Shown: one piece after another, positions 1 to 13,493 of the stretch | How positions within the stretch are numbered: the first letter of the stretch is position 1 | How the letters are laid out: every line of letters begins with the position of its first letter | NCBI GenBank assembly: GCA_051294375.1 | Contig: CM119265.1 | Location: forward strand, 23,428,776-23,492,775 | From: Paraspadella gotoi | Taxonomy: Eukaryota; Animalia; Chaetognatha | Length of the DNA: 64,000 bases | Reading direction: 5' to 3' | Notes under the pieces: model-generated | Seen by the model: only the letters and a program-made list of their open reading frames with translations | What the model was told of the DNA's origin: nothing | Databases searched by the model: none | Position numbers and translations under genes: made by a program

Positions 1-671
1 TTGAAGATGAGGTGAGGGATTAGGGATAAAGGTTAGTTTAAGGATTAAGGTCAAGTTAAAATATATTTCTGTTAAAGATAGGTCCACGGATTAGGAACAG
101 AAATGAGGCGCTTTCGGAACAAAGTGCCCAGTTTCTAAGTCGCGTGACAAGAACCGATCAGAGGGAGAAAGACGAGGAAAGAGGAAGAGAAGAAGGAAGA
201 AGAAGAAGTAGGAAGAGGAAAAACTTTTGCGTGTTTCTTCGTCTTGAAAAATGATGACGAAGAAACTTTCCCTCGACATCGTCAACAATTGAATCGGTTT
301 ATTTCGAATTTCATGGCGTCGAGGGATTTTGTGGCGGAGATGAGAACATTTATCAATTTTCTTNNNNNNNNNNNNNNNNNNNNNNNNNNNNNNNNNNNNN
401 NNNNNNNNNNNNNNNNNNNNNNNNNNNNNNNNNNNNNNNNNNNNNNNNNNNNNNNNNNNNNNNNNNNNNNNNNNNNNNNNNNNNNNNNNNNNNNNNNNNN
501 NNNNNNNNNNNNNNNNNNNNNNNNNNNNNNNNNNNNNNNNNNNNNNNNNNNNNNNNNNNNNNNNNNNNNNNNNNNNNNNNNNNNNNNNNNNNNNNNNNNN
601 NNNNNNNNNNNNNNNNNNNNNNNNNNNNNNNNNNNNNNNNNNNNNNNNNNNCTCTCACCCCACCACTCACC

Positions 672-1183
672 TTCCTCCCCTCTCTCCCTCTTCTTCGTCC
701 GGTGGTCGCCGCGTTGGAAATCCTCGCCGCCGCCAAGACCCCCTCCTCCTCCTCTTCCTCCTCCGCCCGGAATCTGCCGTCGACGACTCCGGAGACCGCG
801 TTGGCGGCGTCCGGTGGGCGTCGTCCTCGATTCGGCGTCGAGGTTTTGACGCGCCCATCGAAGTCGGCGCCGTGAAGTTCGGAGGAGGCTTGGGCGAGGA
901 GGTCGTCGGAAGAATTTCGTCGACGCCCGAGGGAGACGGGCGAGGGATCCTCCAAGGTGTGGTTCGAGGAGTTTGGGCGACCCGAGGACGAGTTTAAGAG
1001 GTTGCTGGAGGAATGCTCTCGTCCAGGAAGACTGAAGGAATGATGAATTGATTATTTTAGATACAATATTTGAACATAAAATCAATTAATAGATGAGAAT
1101 TGCGATTGATATATTGATGGATAGATAAGTCGATAAACCGATAAATTGATTGATTGATTGTATTGTCGATTGATTGATTGATC

Positions 1184-1223
<40 letters not shown>

Positions 1224-2785
1224 TATTGGTTGATTGATCGATTGATCGATTGATTGATTGATTGATTGATCGACTGATCCATTTCCTCCTCAACCTCACC
1301 CCAAAGAGTCCTCCACTCCATCGTCGATCGAGTTGGCCCGACTTCTCGAAGAGACGTTCATCCTTGACGGCGTCCGGTTCGACGCCCTCTTGGCCGCCTC
1401 CACCTTGACGTGGGCGTCGTCGATCGCTCTTTCCAGGCGGAAGATGTCGCCTTCCAAAGTCTTTCCGGGATCGAACTCCTCGTCGACGCCGGCGACGTCT
1501 TCGCCGGCCGCTTTTATGCNNNNNNNNNNNNNNNNNNNNNNNNNNNNNNNNNNNNNNNNNNNNNNNNNNNNNNNNNNNNNNNNNNNNNNNNNNNNNNNNN
1601 NNNNNNNNNNNNNNNNNNNNNNNNNNNNNNNNNNNNNNNNNNNNNNNNNNNNNNNNNNNNNNNNNNNNNNNNNNNNNNNNNNNNNNNNNNNNNNNNNNNN
1701 NNNNNNNNNNNNNNNNNNNNNNNNNNNNNNNNNNNNNNNNNNNNNNNNNNNNNNNNNNNNNNNNNNNNNNNNNNNNNNNNNNNNNNNNNNNNNNNNNNNN
1801 NNNNNNNNNNNNNNNNNNNNNNNNNNNNNNNNNNNNNNNNNNNNNNNNNNNNNNNNNNNNNNNNNNNNNNNNNNNNNNNNNNNNNNNNNNNNNNNNNNNN
1901 NNNNNNNNNNNNNNNNNNNNNNNNNNNNNNNNNNNNNNNNNNNNNNNNNNNNNNNNAGCCCGTCGTAATCCTGCTGCACCGAAACGAAGACCCCGCGCTG
2001 CTCCTCGACGGAAATCCCTCCTTCGCGGATGAGGATGACGAGCGATTCCAACTTCTCCTCCAGTTCGTCCGCTCGACGCCTCAACTCGATCTTCAGCCCC
2101 TCCGTCTCGAGGGCGAAGGGATGCAGACCCGACATCCCCGATCGCTTCGTCGACGGCGCCGCGGAACCGCGAGGAAGTTCCGCGTAGTCGCCGGTGGCGG
2201 AGCCGGCCGACGCCCCGGATTTCACCGACGCCGCGGATTTGGCCGAGGCGGCGTCCTCGGGATGCGGCATCGACGCAGGGAGGTTCTCGACCCACTGGGA
2301 CACGGCGGCCGCTTTGGCGGTGAAGTAGGCGCGGTCCTCGGGGTCGTCGACGGCGGCGTCGTCCGGGCGAACGACGCCGGTGGACGGGCGGTTGGAGATG
2401 AGGTTCTCGCGGGAAGTAGATTTTTGGAGGGGAAAGGCGGGGGAGACTGGTGGGCGGAGGGTTGGGGGTAAAGAGAGTTAAAATTTATTACTAAAATAAA
2501 TCATCAACTTTAAAAATATTCTCTTTTCAGTCTTAAGTGAAAAAAAAAGCAAAACCTATCAAATTCATTGAATTTAAAAAAATAACTATTAAATCGTTTG
2601 TATGAATAAAAAAAATGTAAAAATCGGTTGGAACTGCGTATTATTTTTGCCCTTATTTAAATGGGAATAAACTTATTATTATTTAAATGGGAATAAACTT
2701 CTCACTCGTTCTCGACCGACGGTCGCTGACCTTTAGTTACGTCGATATTTTTAAATCACGACGACGTCAAGGTTTATTTATTTTT

Positions 2786-2853
<68 letters not shown>

Positions 2854-3203
2854 TTTATTTATTTCTTTCTTTTTTTTTTAGAAAAAAAAACTGATTGGTT
2901 GATTGATTGATTTGTATTCTCATTACTTTCCTCTTCTTTTTCCATCTCGAAATCTACAGCTGTCACCTTCTAAACCGAATCCCGAGGGCGACCGATTTTC
3001 GATCCTCCTCGCGTCGAGATAAGCGAGGCCGGCGTTGTTGTCGTTGTTGTCGAAATGCTTGGGCGTCGAAGCGCCGCCCCTCGTGGAACCGGCGCCGTTT
3101 CTTGGCGAAGTGGCGCGAATCGGGGCGGAGGCGGCGCTCTTGGAAGCGTTGGGCGGAGGAAGGGGCGGAGATTCGCCGTAGAGGGATGGAGCTTTGTGTG
3201 TGT

Positions 3204-3265
<62 letters not shown>

Positions 3266-4015
3266 GCCGATAAAGAAGGGGAAAAAAATAATAAAGTTGA
3301 TCTTATTGCGCTTTTTTTCCCGCTTGTTAAATCCGCGTTGACTTGAATTAAACGATTTCGAATAAACAATCCGAGTATTTTAAAAATTATTATAATTATT
3401 ACATTTTTGAAAAATATGTTCAACCGCAAACGGCTGAAAAAAAATATTGAAATTTTGACACCACTAAGTCTTTCAAAAACCGATCCTTTCCTCAAGTTTA
3501 AAAAATAAATGTGTGAGAAACTAATCGTTTGTGGTTTTATGTTTTTTTCTTTTTATTACTTTTATCAATATCTTTTTATTTTTATTTAAACATTTAGTTA
3601 TTTGAAATTAAAGACGAAATCTTTTACATCAACGATTTCGTCTTTAATTTCAAATAACCCAAACACAACGAAAGAAAGTTTAATCACAAACATTTAGTTT
3701 AAATTTCCTTGAGAAAAAATTAACCAAAACAAACCAAAACAAAACAAACAAAAACTAAAAGTAAAATACAAAATTCGCAAATGAAAAAAAAAAAAAAAAA
3801 CTAGATCGGCGCCTGTGATTCTCACTTTGTGAAGTTTGAAAGTCTTGGCTCTTGAGCCCCGAATCGGATCCCGCCGTCGGAGCAAAATTGACCTAAAAGA
3901 TAATTTTAAGAAAAAAAGAAGAAAAAAGAAAGAGAAATAAGTTTACTTGGTACACAACGTCGATTCCTTTTGTTTTTTTTAAATTCCAATGTTTGTTTTC
4001 GTTACCTATTTCTAG

Positions 4016-4092
<77 letters not shown>

Positions 4093-4396
4093 TGGCATTT
4101 CATAAATACTTGGAATTTTGACTTTTGAGCGCGGCATTCTGATCGAGAACAAAGGAGATCAAGAGTTGAAAAAGAATAAGGAACCAAATATATATGAATG
4201 TATATTTTCAGTCCGTGTTCCAAGTTTTGTTTTTTTTTAAATTTTATCAAAATAGTATTTATTTGTTTTTCCGCATTTTTTTGGTTTTTTGCTCAGATGG
4301 TCAATCCTGTTGTTTTTTTCTTTGGCATTTGAAAAATACTTGGAGGCAGAGAGAGGAGAGAGAGAAAGAGAGAAAGAGAGGAGAGAGAGAGAGAGA

Positions 4397-4429
<33 letters not shown>

Positions 4430-6279
4430 GAGAGAAGGAGAGAGAGATCTTTTTTATCAACCCCCGCTTACCCCCGGTTCCCCCAACTCCGCCAAATAAA
4501 CTGACCTTCGCTCCGATTTTGAGTTGATCGATGACGTTTTTCGCTCTGGCGTGTTCCACCAAAAGCGCCTTGTATTCGTTCTGATAAAACAATAACAACA
4601 ACAAATAAACATTTGGGGGAAAAAATTATGTCTTTCTCAAAAACCACTTTTTCCGTAGACCAATTTTGGGAAAGTAAAATCCTTTTCGGAAAATCGCAAT
4701 GTAATCGAAAATCCCAGATCTAATACTTAAGGGAGTGGTCATTTATACAATTGAAACATTCTTTGAAACATTATATATGTGTTTTATTCGTTTACAACAA
4801 TTAGTTGAAACAGTACATTCAAAAGAGCATACAGCATTACAGATAAACGCATAAATTGTACAGTTTACAATTCAACAAAATATAAATATTTAAATTAACA
4901 GAACGAGAAAAAAAAAAAAGAAAAATGAAAACAATTCAACAATAAGCTGACAAGATATTTAGAATATATATATAAAGACTTCATTGATAGGGAAGTACTC
5001 TGGGAGTGAATAAACGAGACTGTGAGAGAGTCTTGATTGAAAGCTTGCAGGGATCTACTAATTACTATGTCATGATCTTGTAAGAGTGATGGAGGCTTTA
5101 AACCACCAAAGCCTGTCCAAGATAGCTTATTTATTAAATGAATAGATAATTTTTATATTGGTTGTACCATTTTCATAACAAACAATGTTTCTTAATTGGA
5201 TCGAGGAAAAAACCACTGATGGAATAAAATTCCATCGCCGACGTCGACAACAACAACAACGAGGTCACTAACAACAACAACAACAACGCCACCTGCAACG
5301 TCTCCACGAAATCCTCGGTGTCCCTGGACGTCAACAAGGTGCCCATGCTGGAGTATCTGGCCAAAGCGCCGCCGGCGTCGTCAGGCGGCGTCACTTCCTC
5401 GATTCCGCCCTCCGGCGTTTTGGCGGCGCCGTCCGTCGCGACGCCGGTTGAGTCCTTCAAGTCTTCGTTCGTCTTTTGACGCCGCATGGCGCTTCTGAGA
5501 GGAAAAGATCGAGAAGGGGTTGTGGGCAATGTTATTATTGCCTTAATAATATGAATTTATAATAGTTAAAATGAGAAACCGCAAACGTTGCGATGGATGA
5601 TTGAAGGAAAGTGATCACGTGATCATCCAGAAATACAAGTGAAAAAAAGTCACTGCGACGCAACACGATGGAATTAAACAGTAAAATAATTAAACAATTA
5701 AACTATTAAACAATGGAATTAAACAATTCTTGTTTTGACAACATTTTTTTTTCTTCTTTTTTCTGTTGTCTCGAAGAATCTTTAAATTTCTTAACTTTTC
5801 TATCCTCAAAAGAAAAAGAAAACTTTTTTTTTCTCTTATCATTTCTAACTCGATTGATGGAAGCCAAAGTGAAACAAAGATTCACTTTGTTTTTCTTTGT
5901 TCAATCGATGCTATTTTTTTTTCTTTCGATGCCTTTTGTTCTAAATCAGGTTTCTGCCGCTATAGAGACGGGTTTTTTTTCAAAGTAGTTAATCCTTTCA
6001 ACTTTTTCATCGTTAAAGTGTAGAATAAATATTACGTTATATTCATAATACTAAATAAAATCACTAAAATCAAACAGAATCGAATACTTTCAAATAATTG
6101 CATTCAACCTTTTTCCCCAGAATCTCTGCACCTTCCCATCATCATTTAACTTACCCTTCCTCTTCATCCACCTCCTCCCTAATCTTTAACAACCCCCCCA
6201 ATCGAACTCACCTGAGAGGCTTCTCCGTTTCGAGACGCTCGTCGGATTGCCACGCCCCTCGTTTCAACTTCAACGTCAT
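672..6279 (-). CDS. AKNA: AKNA-family (AKNA/AKNAD1-like) centrosomal, microtubule-organising protein; multi-exon, 3' part interrupted by N gaps
   Basis: Phase-consistent exons 6279-6212, 5494-5293, 4580-4506, 3892-3826, 3191-2967, ~2446-1957(gap), (gap)1518-1300 and 1031-~672. The spliced peptides TLQNEYKALLVEHARAKNVIDQLKIGAKVNF and EEFDPGKTLEGDIFRLE resemble the conserved AKNA blocks as I recall them (QEDYHRLLTKYAEAENTIDQLRLGAKVNL; FDPGRELEAEIYRLG). The start codon and 3' end are uncertain. Confidence 0.75.
1145..1277. repeat. (ATTG)n microsatellite, intronic
   Basis: Directly visible tandem ATTG units. Confidence 0.9.
3597..3658. repeat. Perfect 25-bp inverted repeat with 12-nt loop, intronic
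   Basis: GTTATTTGAAATTAAAGACGAAATC (3597-3621) is the reverse complement of GATTTCGTCTTTAATTTCAAATAAC (3634-3658). Confidence 0.85.
5064..5111. repeat. Dispersed repeat fragment, probable transposon remnant; second copy inverted at ~22879-22927
   Basis: ACTATGTCATGATCTTGTAAGAGTGATGGAGGCTTTAAACCACCAAAG closely matches the reverse complement of 22879-22927. Confidence 0.65.
5621..5666. repeat. Dispersed repeat fragment; second copy at ~35251-35300
   Basis: GATCATCCAGAAATACAAGTGAAAAAAAGTCACTGCGACGCAACAC vs GATCATAGGGAAATACACGTGAAAAGAAAGTCACCGCGGCGCAACAC. Confidence 0.55.
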
Positions 6280-6954
6280 CGCGTCCTTCAACGCGGCGAT
6301 CCGTCCGTCCGTCCGTCCATTTATTTAAAATGGCGCCGCTCTTCGTTCTTCGGTTCTCGTACGAAATGGATTCACGTCAGTCGCGAGGAATTTAAATAAA
6401 TCCAGTCGGTTAAATGTATATCCTTTTGTTTTCTTTGTTCTTTTATTTTTAATTAGTTTTCCTTTGTTTTTTTTTAGTGTTTTTTTTCGTGGCGAAACGA
6501 AGTAGACGAAACGCGAGGTCGTTTTGTCCTTAGTTTTCTTTGTTTCCTATACTTTTTATCTTAGTTTTTTTCTCTCTCTCTCTCTTTTCATTTTTTTTCT
6601 CTTCTCACCTTTATTCTTCTCGATTTTCTCCTTTATCACTCCAATCTGGACTCCCCCTGGGATCTGACTCCTTGGCAAAAAAGGCCAGAGAGAGACGAGA
6701 GATGATGACGAGAGAGAGAGAACGAGAGAACGAGTAGAGAGAGAGGCAAGGAAGAGGAGAGAGATGATGATGGATGTAGTATGAAAGATGCAGGAGAAGG
6801 AGGAGGAATCCAGACTAGCGAATTCGAACGAATGCTCAGTTAATCGACGGATGAAGTCCCTAGGTGGTTGTTGTTGTTGTTTGTTGTGTCGTAGTTTGGC
6901 TGGCTGACGCCATTTCCAGGAACTGAAATAAAAAGGGAAATCTTTTCGTCAGAA

Positions 6955-7402
6955 ATAGAGAGAGAGAGAGAAGAGAGAGAGGAGAGAAATGAAGAGAGAG
7001 AGAGAGAAGAGAAGAGATGGAGAGAGAGAGAGAGAGAAATCGATATATATATAGATATATAGATAGATATATCGATAGATAGATATGGAGTTAGATTTAA
7101 TATGATAGATAGATAGATAGATAGATAGATTAGAATGAGTAGATAGATAGATAGATAGATAGATTAGATAGATAGATAATAGATAGATAGATAAGATAGA
7201 TATAGATAGATAGATAGATAGAATAGATATAGATAGATTAGATAGATAGATGTAAGCATATAGTATAGATAGCTAAGTAATCAGAGACTAGCCATTACAC
7301 AATAGCACTAGATTAAGATAGATAGTAGATCATAGGAACAAGGATTAGCTAGACTATGATTCCATTACAGGCACGAGATTATGATAGACTAGATAGATAG
7401 AT
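6955..7402. repeat. Degenerate (GA)n followed by a (GATA)n microsatellite tract
   Basis: Directly visible. The noisy copies suggest low consensus quality. Confidence 0.85.
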
Positions 7403-8312
7403 TCATTCAATTTTTAGGTACCATTTTTTTACTAATACTAAAAAGAAAAAAAAATCACTAAAAAATGTTGCACGTTTATAATTTCTCCTCCCAGTTGCAG
7501 AACGACCTCAAGGTAAGTCTCAGCGAGGCACCGATGAGATCCTTACCTTTGGTTCTCGACTCCCGCCGGGCGGGAAATGGAACGAAAACGACGACAACGA
7601 CGACGACGACAACTCGCAACATTCAACGTTCGAAGATCCAAAGTTTAAATCTCGACGGTGAGTGACTGAGAGTCGACGACGCGTCTGGACGGGGAATCCG
7701 ACAAAACGCTGACAGGCAGACGTCAAAGAATGACAAATCTTCCGCCAGAGGGATGACAATCAATCTTTTACTAATTCCATTTATCGTAAATTGGTGATAA
7801 TAACAATAAAGACGACGACAGCTCCAACAAAGCGAACAACAACGATACCAAACAAATCAAACCATACGTCAACAATAACAATAACAGAAATAATAAATAT
7901 AACAAACAATAAGAAAAACTGCAACAACGAAAAAAGTGACGATGATGACGATGACGATGATGACGATGATGACGATAACGACGACGATGATTCTCTTTCG
8001 AAAACAGAATCTTAACGAGGAATTTGGATGAAATTCGATGGGCATCGTTTGTCTTCCATTTTTTTCTTCTTTTCGTTTCGAATTGGATTTGAACCACGAA
8101 ATCCGTTTGTCCGTTCGTCCGAAACGAATTGGAACGGATTCTCTTGAGACGCTCGAAATTTCTTTCCCGTCGTTGACTTGGAACAAAAAGATGACGAGAG
8201 GCCAAATCGAGGCTGATGGAAAATCTATTGTTCTTTTGTTCAAAACGATTTTTTTTTATTTTCGTTTTTCAAAACAAAGAAGGTTGACGTAACGAAGAGG
8301 ATGAGTTATTGT

Positions 8313-8383
<71 letters not shown>

Positions 8384-9247
8384 CGAGAGAGAGAGACTGA
8401 TTCGACATTAGTAGCAACGCAAAAAAAAAAATATCTTTCTCAAGTTTTAAAAGTGGCATCAAAGTAGCCCTTCACAACTCGACGACCGTCAGACTCGCAA
8501 GTGAACTTCACATCCAAGTCTTCACGCCTAATTCAAGGACGTGAGTCGATGTCGAAGACGCGGCTTTAATCGCTCTCGATTTCGACCGCAAAGTCCGAGA
8601 TTTCCGGCTTAAAGTAAATTTCTTGGCCCCAACAGTTTTTACTCTTTTTACTCTTTCTCATCTGAAGCAAGATCGTTTTTTTTTTAAATATGGAAAATGC
8701 AATAGAACAATAAATAATAATAAAATTAATTCAAACTAGAACTAAAAACATTGATCACAGCCACGATTAACAGAGAGATTCAATAACCGACCGACCAATA
8801 CACCAACTTATTATCTAATCTGCTCGTTAATACAAACAGATTTTAACGAGGAACCTTTCACTAAATATTTAGCAAATACAATATATCATTCGGATTCGTC
8901 ATTGTTATCTGTTATCAATTACCCTCAACGATGATCTTTCAAAAAAATCGAAATATTAGTTTTTTTTTAAAAACTTCACTTAATCAATAAAAAAATAATA
9001 ATTTGAAATTTTAAAATTTTACAAGGTTATTACTACAAAGAAAATAAAATTTGCGCTACTGTTATGCCCAAATTTTTTTAATTACATAGATACAGAGGCA
9101 GAAAAAAAAAATTATTAACTCCACCCTACTGTCCAAGCCGTTGGGCCGAGCTGGAAAGGCGAGAGCTTTACGAGAGGCAAATTTATTGTTGTTGTTGTTG
9201 TGGTTGTTGTCGTTGTTATCCCTCTCAATCTTCGCCTCAACAATTTT

Positions 9248-10861
9248 CTATCTCTTCCGGCAAATCTCTCGGCGCCCGAAAGCCTCTGCCTCGTCCAGAG
9301 TTTCCGGCAAAGTCGCGCCTCTCGTTTCCGGCAAAGCGAAGACAACGACGCCGGCGACGACGCTCAAGACGCCGAAGACGCCGAGAGACCATTCAGGCCG
9401 GCGCGCTTTTGCCGCTTCGCCGACGACGCCGGCCGCGAAGATGCCACCGATCCGCGCCGAGACAGAGCAGACGCCGAGACCGATGGTCCTTACCGGCGTC
9501 GGATACAATTCCCCGCTGAAGATGTAGATCACGGCGAAGGCGCCCGCGGCGCCGAATTTGCCGACCTGCGCCAGAAAGTCTACAGCGCCAGCGCCGCCGT
9601 CGCCGGGGAAGAACGGACAGAGGGCGCAAGCCGTACCGGAGACGACGAAGGCGCCGCCGAGAAGCGGACGGCGTCCGGCGAGGCGCAAGAGAGAGAGAAC
9701 GAGGAAGATGGCTGGGATTTCGACGAGGCCGTTGAGGGTGAGTTTGGAGTAAGGGTCGCCGGACAAAGAGGGTAAGTTCATAGTGATGCCGTAATAAGCG
9801 GCGTTGACGATGAACCAACAGAAGGAAAGAATGAAAGTGTTGGCGGCCAAATTCGGTCGTCGAAAGATGCTCAACATCGAGACGGACTCTTTCTTCACCT
9901 TTCGATCCGATTCCTCCGCCGAGCGCTCGAGGAGATCGTCCACGAGTCCCCGGGGAACGTCTCGTCCGTTGAAGGCGGCCGCGCGGGAGATCGTTCGTTT
10001 GAACCGAAGCGAATCTCCGCGCGTCAGAAGCCAACGAGGAGATTCCGGGATGAGGAAGAGGAGGAGAAGAATGAGGACGATGGGAACGGAAGCGACGAGT
10101 TGGAGTCGCCTCCAGGGACGAACCGCGTTCGCCAAGAAGCCAAAGACGATGACGCTGATCGAAGTAGGGAGTTGGGTAAGGATCCCAACCGTCGCTCGAT
10201 CCTCGGGACCGAAGAGTTCCAGCAGCAGCACGAAGGAAGCGAGACTTACTCCGAAGGCGCACATCACGGACAAGGTTCGACCCAGAATGACTTCCGAGAA
10301 GCCGCGTTGGAAGGAAGTCGCGACGCCGAATATCAAGACCCCGATGAGACCGGCGCCGATGGCGCGGCGTCGTCCGAATCGATCCGAGACGTCGCCGAAA
10401 ACGAGAGAGCCCAACAGCATCCCGACGAACAGCATCGAATTCGCCAGCTTCACGCGACCGAGTGATTCGCAGTAAAGATCGAATTCGGTGACGACGTTGT
10501 CCGGAAAGTAAGTTCCATCGTGAACCCACGAGGAACAGTTGACGAGGGAAGCATTGTCGATCCCTAACCGGGGAAAAGTCCCCGAGTGAGCAAAGTATTG
10601 ACAAGAGCTCCTTTCGCCGTCGGGAGACGCGGGAACGAGGCGAGCGACGAGAGCGCCTCTGGCGGACGATGGATCGAGATCGAAAGCGTCGTCGGGGATC
10701 GAGGAAAGGCGACATCTGTGCGGGGGAACGGCGAAGGCGAAGGTGTTCATGAAGGTTTGGAATCCGAGGGGGATGCCGGCGAAGGAGATGAGGAGGAAGA
10801 GGAAAATTTGAAATCTCCCGCGTGACCCGATGAAGTGGAAAACGTCGTCGAAGTTATACAT
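9248..10861 (-). CDS. SLC22-family (OCT/OCTN/Orct-like) organic cation transporter, MFS fold, 537 aa, intronless
   Basis: Single ORF: N-terminus FDDVFHFIGSRGRFQ, Cys-containing loop (PPHRC...C..W...NVVTEFDLYC), SDRFGRR, IPESPRWLL, GRR, ELYPTPVR and LPETRGATLPET motifs, about 12 hydrophobic segments. Confidence 0.95.
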   Translation of the reverse strand: MYNFDDVFHFIGSRGRFQIFLFLLISFAGIPLGFQTFMNTFAFAVPPHRCRLSSIPDDAFDLDPSSARGALVARLVPASPDGERSSCQYFAHSGTFPRLGIDNASLVNCSSWVHDGTYFPDNVVTEFDLYCESLGRVKLANSMLFVGMLLGSLVFGDVSDRFGRRRAIGAGLIGVLIFGVATSFQRGFSEVILGRTLSVMCAFGVSLASFVLLLELFGPEDRATVGILTQLPTSISVIVFGFLANAVRPWRRLQLVASVPIVLILLLLFLIPESPRWLLTRGDSLRFKRTISRAAAFNGRDVPRGLVDDLLERSAEESDRKVKKESVSMLSIFRRPNLAANTFILSFCWFIVNAAYYGITMNLPSLSGDPYSKLTLNGLVEIPAIFLVLSLLRLAGRRPLLGGAFVVSGTACALCPFFPGDGGAGAVDFLAQVGKFGAAGAFAVIYIFSGELYPTPVRTIGLGVCSVSARIGGIFAAGVVGEAAKARRPEWSLGVFGVLSVVAGVVVFALPETRGATLPETLDEAEAFGRREICRKR

Positions 10862-11052
10862 TGTTTGTTTTTTTTGTTTTTTTTTTGGTTTTTAGATTTA
10901 GATTTTAAATTTTGGTTATTTTAGTTAGGAATTGTTTATTGTTTGCCAAATACATGACGATTTTTATTTTCATAGTACATGTTTCGACTCTGTTGATTCG
11001 AGTCTTCATCAGCTTTGAAAAACATTATCAAAAATGCTCTACACATTAAGTT

Positions 11053-11083
<31 letters not shown>

Positions 11084-11085
11084 GA

Positions 11086-11139
<54 letters not shown>

Positions 11140-11847
11140 GAGAGATTGAGGGAGAGTTTCCAACAAAGGGCTGAGTAAAGGACAGTGGCCAGATGAGAGG
11201 ACAGGTGAAGGTAAGACAGAGAAGAAGACAATTTTGAAATGGTGAAAAGTGAAAGAGAGAGAGAGAGAGAGAGAGAGAGAATAATTACATTTGACAATGT
11301 ACAACAAAGATAAATTTAGAAAAACTTAGTTTTAGTTTTAAAAAACTTGGAAGCGTTAGAAGGGGTGAAGATCACCACGCCCCTCTGACGTTGTACAATG
11401 CACAATGTACAATGTACAATGTACAATGTACATAGTGTGTCCAGTAGAAATGGGAGCATTTTCCTGAGTTGACTTGCTTTCCTGAACTTGGGATCTGTCG
11501 GCTTGTTATCGATGGTTTAACTCTTTTTTCAAAGACTTTTTCGACTTTCGTTTCAACTCGGAATCATTGGTTTACGAATATGAAGTTCCCGATGCACTGT
11601 TGAACGGAAAAGCCAGATAAACGACACGAAAAATCAAAAAAGTTACATATATTTCTCAACATTATTCGGCTCATGATTTCTAAAGAAAAAAATTTGAAGA
11701 GGCGCTTCGATATAAACAAAAAAAAAACAAAGAAACAAAAAAAACATCAACCTTGACGAAACTGTCACTCAGATATCCTCCTTCCCTCCTTTTATTTTTT
11801 TTATTTGTCTTCATTCTCTTGCTTTTTTTTTTTACTTTTTTCTTTAC

Positions 11848-12102
11848 TTAATTTCTTCTTTTTCTCCTTTTTTTCTCCTTTTTTCTTTTCCCTTTGTTCG
11901 TCCATTCCCCCTTCTTTCCTTTTTTCTTAACTTAATTTCTTCTTTTTCTCCTTTTTTTCTCCTTTTTTTTCTTTTCCCTTTGTTCGTCCATTTCCCCTTC
12001 TTTCCTTTTTTCTTAACTTAATTTCTTCTTTTTCTCCTTTTTTTCTCCTTTTTTCTTTTCCCTTTGTTCGTCCATTCCCCTTTTTTTTCCTTTTTTCTTA
12101 AC
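11848..12102. repeat. Pyrimidine-rich minisatellite, ~85-bp unit x3
   Basis: CTTAATTTCTTC...CCCTTTGTTCGTCCATT recurs three times. Confidence 0.8.
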
Positions 12103-12653
12103 TTTCTCTCCTAATCACTTCTTCGTCTGAATCGCGCGCGGATATCGCGTTTAGAGTTTTGACGTTCAGAGATTCGCTGACTTTTTTCGTCATCGCCTGG
12201 TGACACGGTGAGAGTGCACCGAGAGCAGCAACAACAACAACAACGAACATATCGACTCCATTGGCAGGATCTAATGAGATGCCATCGGAATGTTGTCAGT
12301 ACGACGTCATGATGCAATCGGGATAACTGTTAAGAGAAAGGACGACACTGAGAGAAGAAATGACACTGAAGACAAAAGATGACAATGAAAGAAGATGACA
12401 ATGAAGAGAAAAGATGACAATGAAAGAAGAAAGGACTATGAAGAGAAAAGATGACAATGAAAGAAGCGAGGTCACTGAAGAGCAAAGATGACAATGACAG
12501 TGACGAAAGGGCGAAACGAAATTTGAGACGAAAAGTTTCATCTCTCACGACGAGTAAAAAGACATTTGACGCGGGAAGAAAAGACGCCTCGTGAAAGCGC
12601 GATAAGGCTTTTAACCTTAGAATGTCGAGCGAAAAGATAGGAGATAAAATTAA

Positions 12654-12689
<36 letters not shown>

Positions 12690-13394
12690 TGTGGGGATGA
12701 TGGACTCAAAAATGATATTGTCGATGGCAAAGAAGACAACGACATCTATTACGGAAACAACAACGACGATGATGAAGACGATGACTACGAAGACGACGAT
12801 GGCGACGATGCGCAACGAAATGAAAATTAGACAACCGGAAGTCCTTTTCATTAGTCGTTTTCGGTAGCGGCATTTCGTGATGCCTGGAGACATTGCTGGA
12901 TGTTGCACGATGATGTCGAGTCGTTGGATTTATTATCAAGATGTTGGTTGTTGGAGATGATTTTTTAATTTTGGAATTGGGTTAATGTTAACGTGCTGGT
13001 AGTGATTTTAGATTGTACTGAACGACCAATCATTTTTTCTGGTACAATTTACATGAATGGACTGGAGTGGTCGGGATTTGATGACAAGAATACGAAGAAA
13101 AGTAATATTTGTCATTAGATATAACAAAGACGCCGAGAAAGGTTATAAACATAAGGAGATCCCCTGTTATTCGCTAAAAAATGTCTGTACATTCAAAAAA
13201 GAACGAGTTGAGTTTCGAAATCTTGTTTCGTCAGTACGACCGTTTTTTTTGTTTTTTTTTAAAGGTGACGAAGCGGCGAAACTGTTTGAGTGACAGTCGC
13301 GCTGTTTGTTGGACTGGTTATTCAGTGATTGAATATTTCGACGACTTTGTTTAGCCGTCGTGGTCAAGGGGAATAAACACTAAACAGAGATGAA

Positions 13395-13493
<99 letters not shown>

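Noticed and set aside
244-2471. Long ORFs spanning N runs
   Set aside because: Their lengths are artefacts of translating through gaps; only the minus-strand AKNA frames are supported
7465-7665. Exon-like plus-strand block with acceptor and donors
   Set aside because: Could not be joined to flanking exons, and the neighbouring sequence is low-quality repeat
9141-10825. Long alternative-frame and antisense ORFs over SLC22 (likewise over CAP, AMPK-beta and the 53.5-55.9 kb exon)
   Set aside because: Shadow ORFs produced by GC-rich codon usage; no recognisable motifs
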